A DNA stretch of 32,000 bases from Thermosulfurimonas dismutans (lineage in GTDB: Bacteria; Desulfobacterota; Thermodesulfobacteria; Thermodesulfobacteriales; Thermodesulfobacteriaceae), in assembly GCF_001652585.1 (NCBI RefSeq), contig NZ_LWLG01000014.1, positions 33,260 to 65,259 on the forward strand, given 5' to 3'. How positions within the stretch are numbered: position 1 is the first letter of the stretch; each line of letters begins with the position of its first letter. Of the stretch, positions 26,586 through 32,000 are shown piece by piece. A program made the position numbers and the translations under genes. The notes under the pieces are model-generated. The model saw only the letters and a program-made list of their open reading frames with translations. It was not told the DNA's origin and searched no databases.

Positions 26586-28661
26586 TTGGATAAAAATAGG
26601 CTTTTGCTAGGGCTTAAATATTTTTTGCTCCTTTTGGTATTGGTAATAGGTCTTTACTTTCGGTTTGAGGACTTAGGGGGTTGGAAAGCTAGATATGCCT
26701 CTCTCTTTTATCTAGACGATCGGCCGCTTTTTACCAGTTACGATGCCTTCTGGTTTGCGCGGCTAGCCAAGGATTATCAGGAAGGGCTCTATGATTTCGG
26801 CGATCGCGATCCCTTTAAATTCGTGCCGGACAACTATCTTACCGAAAACTTCACCTATCCCCTTCTACCCATGGAAAGCTTTCTGGCTGCTGGAACCGCC
26901 AGACTTTTCGGGATCTCCATAGAGAAGTTTGCCCTCTATTTTACCCCTGTGGCCGCCGTCCTGTTTGCGATTCCGCTTTTTGTTTACTTAAACCGCCTGG
27001 GCTATCCCCTGGCCGGTCTTATGGGAGGGCTGGTGGGGGTCACCAGTCTTATCTACCTCATCCGGACCTCCATTGTGCGGTTTGATACCGACAGCCTCAA
27101 TCTCTTTTTCCCTTTTACGATAGCCTTTTTCCTGTGGAATTACTTCCGGAGTTCAAGGCCTCTGTTCCAGGCCCTAGGAGCCTCTGTGGCTTCTTTGTTG
27201 TTTTACTGGTGGTATAGCAAAGCCCATCTGATATTGGTTCTTTATGCGGCCTTTTTGGTGCGTCTTTTTTGGGAGCGTGGGAAAAAGCTGACCTCTCTTG
27301 ATTGGAAGGCCTTGGGTATTCTTATCCTTCCCCAGATCTGGTATCTGTGGCAGGCCCCTTGGGGGCTTTACAAGCAGATTATGGGGTATGTGATAAATAT
27401 AACTTCTTCCGCTAGCCAACGTGGAATTTTTTCGGGTTTTCCCAATGTTTTGCAATCTATCTCCGAATTACAGAGCGCTCCCGGACTAAAGGGAGTGGCC
27501 TATTTTTGCCTCAACCACCAGTTTCTGCTGATCCTCGGACTTCTAGGAGCTTTCTTACTTTTCATAAAACGCTTCAGAGACCTACTCTTCCTTCTTCCTT
27601 ATTTTGCTATAGGTCTTCTTACCTTCCGATCCGGGAATCGGTTTGCCATGTATCTGGCTCCTTTTATCGGAATGGGGTTGGGCTTTCTGCTGGAAGAGGT
27701 CCTGGCCCAGGGGAAGGGGTTAAGGCCTGATGGCTCCTTTGGGAATCGGCTCCTGAGGGAGGCGGTAGTCCTTGGTTTAGGGGTGCTTCTGGGAGCCGTG
27801 GTGGTTCTTTCTCAAAGCAAGAGCCTGGCCTACACAGCGGTTCCCAAGGTATTGGCTCCCCTGGCCCGGGACATGGAGGCCCTTCAAGAGAAGACCCCCC
27901 GAGAGGCTTGGATCTATACCTGGTGGGACCTGGGATACGCCTTTCAGTATCTTTCCAGACGGCCGACTTTTATAGACGGCGGTTCGCAGGGGACTCCTAA
28001 AACCTATTTTGTGGCCCTTTCTTTTACTACTCCTTCACAGGAAAAGGCCTACCATGTAACAGCCTTTCTCGCCGAAAAGGGGCTAAAGGGTCTGCGAGAG
28101 ATCCTTGAGGAGTCCGGAAAGGATGCCGAGGAGGTGGTGGCCGACATCGTCTCCGGTAAATACGTCCAAAGGCTATCCCATCCGGTTTACTGGGTCTTCA
28201 CTCCGGATCTACCGGCCAAGTTCGGCTGGATCCACTACTTCGGGAGCTGGGACTTTAAGAAAAAGAAGGGAACCTTCGGGTTTGTCAGGCCGGTTGAGGG
28301 CTGTCGACCGGCAAAGAAAAATCTTCTGGCCTGTCGAGGAATGCTTCTGGATCTGGAAAAGGGCCTGGTAATCCAGGGCCTAAAGGCGTTGAAACTAAAG
28401 GAGATCGTGATCAAAAAAGGTGATGTCCTTTCAAGGAAAAGTTTGGCTTCGAAAGGCTTGATTTTAGAGATCGCTCAGGAAAAGGGCCGGACTTATTTTT
28501 ATCTTGTGGATGAAAAGAGTTTTGTAAGCAACTTTAACCAAATGTATATCTTGAGGCGTTACGATCCTCGCTATTTTCAATTGGTGTGGGACGACTTTCC
28601 TACCATGGTGGTCTATCGGGTCCGAGAAGATGATAATATACTTGCCGGTCCGGATAGATAA
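26586..28661 (+). CDS. pglB: PglB/STT3-family oligosaccharyltransferase
   Basis: 691 aa with a TTG start 1 nt after the galE stop and agaggg upstream. A polytopic N-terminal region of about 420 aa is followed by a soluble C-terminal domain. Motifs: TSYDAFWFARLAKD (EL1 acidic residue), RFDTDSL (DxD), VLQSISELQ (TIxE-like in EL5), WWDLGY (WWDYG), TFIDGGSQGTPKTYF and NQMYILRRYDPRYFQLV. All run parallel to Campylobacter PglB as I recall it. Confidence 0.85.
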   Translation: MDKNRLLLGLKYFLLLLVLVIGLYFRFEDLGGWKARYASLFYLDDRPLFTSYDAFWFARLAKDYQEGLYDFGDRDPFKFVPDNYLTENFTYPLLPMESFLAAGTARLFGISIEKFALYFTPVAAVLFAIPLFVYLNRLGYPLAGLMGGLVGVTSLIYLIRTSIVRFDTDSLNLFFPFTIAFFLWNYFRSSRPLFQALGASVASLLFYWWYSKAHLILVLYAAFLVRLFWERGKKLTSLDWKALGILILPQIWYLWQAPWGLYKQIMGYVINITSSASQRGIFSGFPNVLQSISELQSAPGLKGVAYFCLNHQFLLILGLLGAFLLFIKRFRDLLFLLPYFAIGLLTFRSGNRFAMYLAPFIGMGLGFLLEEVLAQGKGLRPDGSFGNRLLREAVVLGLGVLLGAVVVLSQSKSLAYTAVPKVLAPLARDMEALQEKTPREAWIYTWWDLGYAFQYLSRRPTFIDGGSQGTPKTYFVALSFTTPSQEKAYHVTAFLAEKGLKGLREILEESGKDAEEVVADIVSGKYVQRLSHPVYWVFTPDLPAKFGWIHYFGSWDFKKKKGTFGFVRPVEGCRPAKKNLLACRGMLLDLEKGLVIQGLKALKLKEIVIKKGDVLSRKSLASKGLILEIAQEKGRTYFYLVDEKSFVSNFNQMYILRRYDPRYFQLVWDDFPTMVVYRVREDDNILAGPDR

Positions 28662-28679
28662 TTGTAATTTTACTTTCGA

Positions 28680-28767
28680 GCCCGGGTGGCGGAACTGGTA
28701 GACGCTGGGGACTTAAAATCCTCTGGGGTAACCCCCCGTGCCGGTTCGAGTCCGGCCCCGGGCACCA
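28680..28767 (+). tRNA. tRNA-Leu (anticodon UAA), type II with a long variable arm and encoded CCA
   Basis: The acceptor stem is GCCCGGG/CCCGGGC with discriminator A and CCA. The D-arm is GGCGGAACTGGTAGACGC as in bacterial tRNA-Leu. The anticodon stem is GGGGA/TCCTC with loop CTTAAAA (anticodon TAA). The variable arm is GGGG-TAA-CCCC and the T-arm is GCCGG-TTCGAGT-CCGGC. Confidence 0.92.
28718..28767 (+). repeat. Direct repeat copy 1 (att-like), the 3' 50 nt of tRNA-Leu
   Basis: atcctctggggtaaccccccgtgccggttcgagtccggccccgggcacca recurs at 29925-29974 with 2 mismatches. Confidence 0.85.
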
Positions 28768-29061
28768 GTGATATCAAAGATTTCAGAGATTCCTTCTTGC
28801 CCGAACGGATTTTTGTAAGCCAGGTTGGTGTCCATATTGGTGCCCATTAGCGCACCTTTAAGATGCAACCTCAAGGCTTATCCCGGCCTCTTCGACTTCT
28901 AGGTTCACCTTGTCACGGCCTTTAAAGACCAGAACCGAAGACTGACAAAAAGCTCCGATCTCGCGGTTATCAAAGGCATCCAAAAGGAAAATCTACGGTT
29001 GCAAGGACGAGATTTTGCCGTACAGTAAATATAAAAATATCCGTCTTGGAGGGAAAAAACC

Positions 29062-29304
29062 GTGAACACTAAATTGACTTTGCGTCTTGACGATAAATTG
29101 ATCAAAAAGGCCAAAATTTATTCAGCTAAGAGGGGAAAATCGGTCTCTGCGTTAGTGGCCGATTTTTTCTCTCTGCTCTGCGTAGAAGAAAAGCCCGAAA
29201 CAAAAAGTCTTCCTCCTAAGGTAGCTTCTTTGAGAGGAATTTTGAAAGGTAAAAAAATTAAGGAAGAAGATTATAAGAAATACCTCGAAAAGAGATATCT
29301 ATGA
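29062..29304 (+). CDS. Antitoxin of a VapBC-like pair (RHH-like; TLRLDDKLIKKAK type)
   Basis: 80 aa with a GTG start and ggaggg 7 nt upstream. The N-terminus is MNTKLTLRLDDKLIKKAKIYSAKRGKSVSALVADFF. The stop overlaps the toxin start (ATGA). Confidence 0.75.
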   Translation: MNTKLTLRLDDKLIKKAKIYSAKRGKSVSALVADFFSLLCVEEKPETKSLPPKVASLRGILKGKKIKEEDYKKYLEKRYL

Positions 29305-29720
29305 AAATTTTCTTCGATACTAATGTAATTCTTGATGTGCTTCTTGATCGAGAGCCCTTTGTTGAAGATGCTTTCCATCTCCTTGCTAAGGTAGAACGTT
29401 CCGAAGTAACAGGTGTTATATGTGCTACTACAGTTACCACTATTTATTATCTGGTTAGTAAAAGCTTGGGAATCAAAGAAGCTACTCGCCACATTAAAAC
29501 CTTGTTATCTATTTTTGAAATCGCTCCTGTAAATCGAGCTGTGCTTGAAGAGGCCATAGATTCAAGATTTTCAGACTTTGAAGATGCTATATTACATGCC
29601 TCGGCATTAACAGTAGGCGCAGATTGTATCGTTACCAGAGACTTTTCCGGATTCAAAAAGTCCAAAATTCCAGTTTATACTCCAAACGAATTATTAAGTA
29701 TTCTACAACTTTCCTCCTAG
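29301..29720 (+). CDS. vapC: PIN-domain ribonuclease toxin (VapC-like)
   Basis: 139 aa with the acidic residues in the expected places: IFFDTNVILDV, FSDFEDAILHASA and CIVTRDFSGF. It has a 4-nt overlap with the antitoxin gene. Confidence 0.85.
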   Translation: MKIFFDTNVILDVLLDREPFVEDAFHLLAKVERSEVTGVICATTVTTIYYLVSKSLGIKEATRHIKTLLSIFEIAPVNRAVLEEAIDSRFSDFEDAILHASALTVGADCIVTRDFSGFKKSKIPVYTPNELLSILQLSS

Positions 29721-29742
29721 CATAATATGCATTTTTATCCGC

Positions 29743-29778
29743 AAGCCTCTATTTTTCACAAAGCCTCTATTTTTCACA
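29743..29778. repeat. Perfect 18-bp tandem duplication
   Basis: aagcctctatttttcaca occurs at 29743-29760 and again at 29761-29778, 23 nt after the vapC stop and inside the repeat-bounded segment. Confidence 0.9.
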
Positions 29779-29924
29779 CGTTCATTTCAATTCGTCCGCT
29801 TTGGAAAAGGCTTCTTCCTTAAAAATGCGGGCGCGCGAAACTGCACGATGCGGAAATAGATTTACACCACTCCAAGCAGGTCAATATTCTTAGGTTTCAA
29901 ATTTTGAACTGTAAAAGATAAGTC

Positions 29925-29974
29925 ATCCTCTGGGGTAACCCTCCGTGACGGTTCGAGTCCGGCCCCGGGCACCA
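29925..29974 (+). repeat. Direct repeat copy 2 (att-like): a displaced partial tRNA-Leu 3' end
   Basis: atcctctggggtaaccctccgtgacggttcgagtccggccccgggcacca is 48/50 identical to 28718-28767. The differences are C->T at the position matching 28735 and C->A at that matching 28741. The second would break the T-stem, and there is no 5' half, so this is not a functional tRNA. Confidence 0.85.
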
Positions 29975-30030
29975 AAACTAAAGGAGCCCTACTGAATAAA
30001 AAGCCGAGCGTAAAAGAGGTAGGAAGATCT

Positions 30031-31785
30031 TTACTTCGATGGAACCAAGTATACTACTTCAACCGGAATAAGGCCTCGGGCCGAATTTCCGATGTAGAGC
30101 TTTCCGTGCCAAAGATCTGAAAGATGGATTTCTCTTTCCTCGCAGCCTCCGGTTTCAAACAAGCTTTCTCGTAGAATACCAGGAAGAAGGCCAAGGGTGA
30201 CCGGTGGCGTGTAAAGCCTGCCATCTATCTCAAGGAAGACATTGCTAATGGTGCCTTCGATAAGCCGACCCTTTTCGTCAAAGAAAACGATTTCGGCAAG
30301 TCCCAGTTTTTCGGCCTCCCTCCGGGCCTCTTCATACCAGGGGCGGTGAGTGGTTTTGTGAAATAGGAAAGCGGGCTCCGGAGAAAAATTTCTTTTTTTG
30401 AGCCCTACTTTTACGGGCCGGGGAAAATCCTTTAAGGAGCCCGTCTCCACCGAGACCTCCCCCCATTCCGAAAGAAGGATCCTTACGCGGGCCCTTTCGG
30501 AAAGATCCCTTTCAAGTTTCCCGAGTTCCTCCCGGATGCGTTTTTCGGGATAGGGTAAGGTAAAGTAAGCCGCAGAGCGTCTAAGACGGGCCAGGTGTTT
30601 TTCAAGCCTTACAAAGCCTTGCTCGGGCTCAAACCGAAGGGTCTCAACGAGCTTAAATTCCGGAGGATCTTCGGTAAGGAAGCGGGCCTTTAACAGACAC
30701 TCCCGATATTCTTCCTCGGGGTCGCTATCCCAAACGATTCCCGAACCGATACCAAATTCTCCACGATTGTCTTTTAAGACCACCGTGCGGATGGCCACAT
30801 TGAAGATAAAGTCTCCGTCAGGTGTGATAAAACCGAGGGCTCCGGTATAAACCCCTCGGGGTTCGGCCTCAAGCTCAGCGATGATTTCCATGGTCCTTAT
30901 CTTCGGGGCCCCGGTCACCGATCCGCAGGGAAAAAGGGCCTTCATGATTTCGTAAAGCGAAGTTCCTTCCCGTAGATTCCCTTGCACGGTTGAGATCATC
31001 TGGTGGACCGTGCGGTAGCGCTCAACCTTAAAGAGTTCCGGCACCCAGACCGAGCCCATCTCGCAGATCCGGCCGAGGTCGTTTCGGATAAGGTCCACAA
31101 TCATAATGTTTTCGGCCCGGTTTTTTGTATCCTCCGAAAGCCATTGGGCAATTTTTTTATCTTCCTCCAAAAATCGGCCTCTAGGAGCGGTCCCTTTCAT
31201 AGGGGAACTTCGAAGAAGTAGGCCTTGCTTTTGTATGAAAAGCTCCGGGGAGAGGCTCAATACCGAAAACTCCGGGGTAGACAGCAAGGACGCATAACGA
31301 ACCCGCTGTTTTCTCAGGAGGCGGAAGAAGAAATCCTTAGGGTCACCCTCAAATTTGAAATGATATTTCAGGGTGTAGTTTACCTGGTAAGTGTCTCCGG
31401 AAGCGATATAGGTCTTGATGCGGGAGATGGCCTCCCGATAGGCTTCCGGAGAAATATTTAAAGTGAGGTCGGATAAGTGAGCCCGAGCGATCCCGGGGGC
31501 GGCTTCTATTTTAAAAGGGGTGGGGGCTTCAAATACGCCGAACCAGGCAAGCGGAACGCCTTCCGGACGCCTTTTTCGATAGGGGTTAAGTTTTTCCTCA
31601 AGATGGTATCCAAATTCGTAGGCTAAAAAGCCTGCGACATAAAAACCTTCATTTGTGGCTTTTTCAATTTCAAAAAGAAACTCTTTGGGCTCTCCGCCTT
31701 CGAAAACCAAGACCTTTCTTGGCCTGGAAAAAAGATAGGCCTGGCCTTCGGAATCGTAGGCATTAAGCCATAGGAAGTAACTCAT
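30031..31785 (-). CDS. pabB: Fused aminodeoxychorismate synthase component I / aminodeoxychorismate lyase (PabB-PabC)
   Basis: 584 aa. The chorismate-binding domain has LFPCGSVTGAPKIRTMEIIAELEAEPRGVYTGALGF and GSGIVWDSDPEEEYRE. The C-terminal roughly 200 aa has a class-IV aminotransferase fold (FHKTTHRPWYEEA, GTISNVFLEIDGRLYTPP, LPGILRE). Confidence 0.8.
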   Translation of the reverse strand: MSYFLWLNAYDSEGQAYLFSRPRKVLVFEGGEPKEFLFEIEKATNEGFYVAGFLAYEFGYHLEEKLNPYRKRRPEGVPLAWFGVFEAPTPFKIEAAPGIARAHLSDLTLNISPEAYREAISRIKTYIASGDTYQVNYTLKYHFKFEGDPKDFFFRLLRKQRVRYASLLSTPEFSVLSLSPELFIQKQGLLLRSSPMKGTAPRGRFLEEDKKIAQWLSEDTKNRAENIMIVDLIRNDLGRICEMGSVWVPELFKVERYRTVHQMISTVQGNLREGTSLYEIMKALFPCGSVTGAPKIRTMEIIAELEAEPRGVYTGALGFITPDGDFIFNVAIRTVVLKDNRGEFGIGSGIVWDSDPEEEYRECLLKARFLTEDPPEFKLVETLRFEPEQGFVRLEKHLARLRRSAAYFTLPYPEKRIREELGKLERDLSERARVRILLSEWGEVSVETGSLKDFPRPVKVGLKKRNFSPEPAFLFHKTTHRPWYEEARREAEKLGLAEIVFFDEKGRLIEGTISNVFLEIDGRLYTPPVTLGLLPGILRESLFETGGCEEREIHLSDLWHGKLYIGNSARGLIPVEVVYLVPSK

Positions 31786-31949
31786 CTCGGAGGCTATTCT
31801 TCCTCTTTACTTCGGCTTTTGCAAGTCTTTTAAGGTATTTCTGGTATGGTTGATCAAGGAGGTCAAGCGGAGAGCCAAGGTTGAAGGGCTTTACGGAATA
31901 TCGGTCCTTAAAAAGGACCCTAATGTGGAGGATACTTCACAATCGATAT

Positions 31950-31984
31950 GTCTCATTTTGTATTAAAATAACACAAAATGAGAC
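31950..31984. repeat. Perfect 12-bp inverted repeat at the right window edge
   Basis: gtctcattttgt (31950-31961) and acaaaatgagac (31973-31984) with an 11-nt AT-only-plus-one-C loop attaaaataac. It lies about 165 nt upstream of the pabBC start on the other strand. Confidence 0.6.
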
Positions 31985-32000
31985 GTGATGCTTAGCGCTC

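Noticed and set aside
28905-29114. 69-aa minus-strand ORF between tRNA-Leu and the antitoxin gene
   Set aside because: It overlaps the antitoxin start and its SD, and has no start context. Part of it (LITARSELFVSLRFW) might be tyrosine-recombinase debris, which I mention only as a hypothesis under the island finding. It is not an intact gene.

Overview
This is a gene-dense 32-kb chromosomal window with many 1-47 nt gene overlaps. The proteins look like those of a thermophilic, anaerobic sulfite/sulfate-respiring bacterium, but the taxon cannot be verified from the sequence alone. Left to right: (1) the 3' part of dsrB plus dsrD. (2) A convergent 8-gene minus-strand block: DUF465, ilvB, ilvN, tkt, tatC, tatA, a MurU-like nucleotidyltransferase and an AmgK-like kinase. 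(3) An isopropylmalate/tartrate-dehydrogenase-family gene translationally coupled to a divergent ThiC-family radical-SAM gene. (4) An outer-membrane porin. (5) A tight 5-gene minus-strand block: MoxR/CbbQ-type AAA+ ATPase, an uncharacterised 609-aa partner, an Isf-type Fe-S flavoprotein, a PhnD-like binding protein and a HAMP histidine kinase. (6) A DUF362 gene, a decayed RHH/PIN toxin-antitoxin pair, engB and a small cytochrome c. (7) A TIGR03916-type DNA modification/repair radical-SAM gene overlapping an APH-like/P-loop bifunctional kinase. (8) A stomatin (SPFH) gene followed by about 1.3 kb of nested IS3-/IS256-family debris. (9) galE plus a PglB/STT3-type oligosaccharyltransferase. (10) tRNA-Leu(UAA), whose 3' 50 nt recur 1.2 kb downstream, bracketing an intact vapBC-like module. 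(11) A fused pabB-pabC gene. The best candidates for something new are the isolated galE-pglB cassette, the AAA+/609-aa orphan pair, the atypical ThiC paralog, the radical-SAM/kinase pairing, and the miniature tRNA-anchored island. I saw no rRNA gene and no CRISPR array. All family assignments come from reading motifs by eye; no database search was possible.
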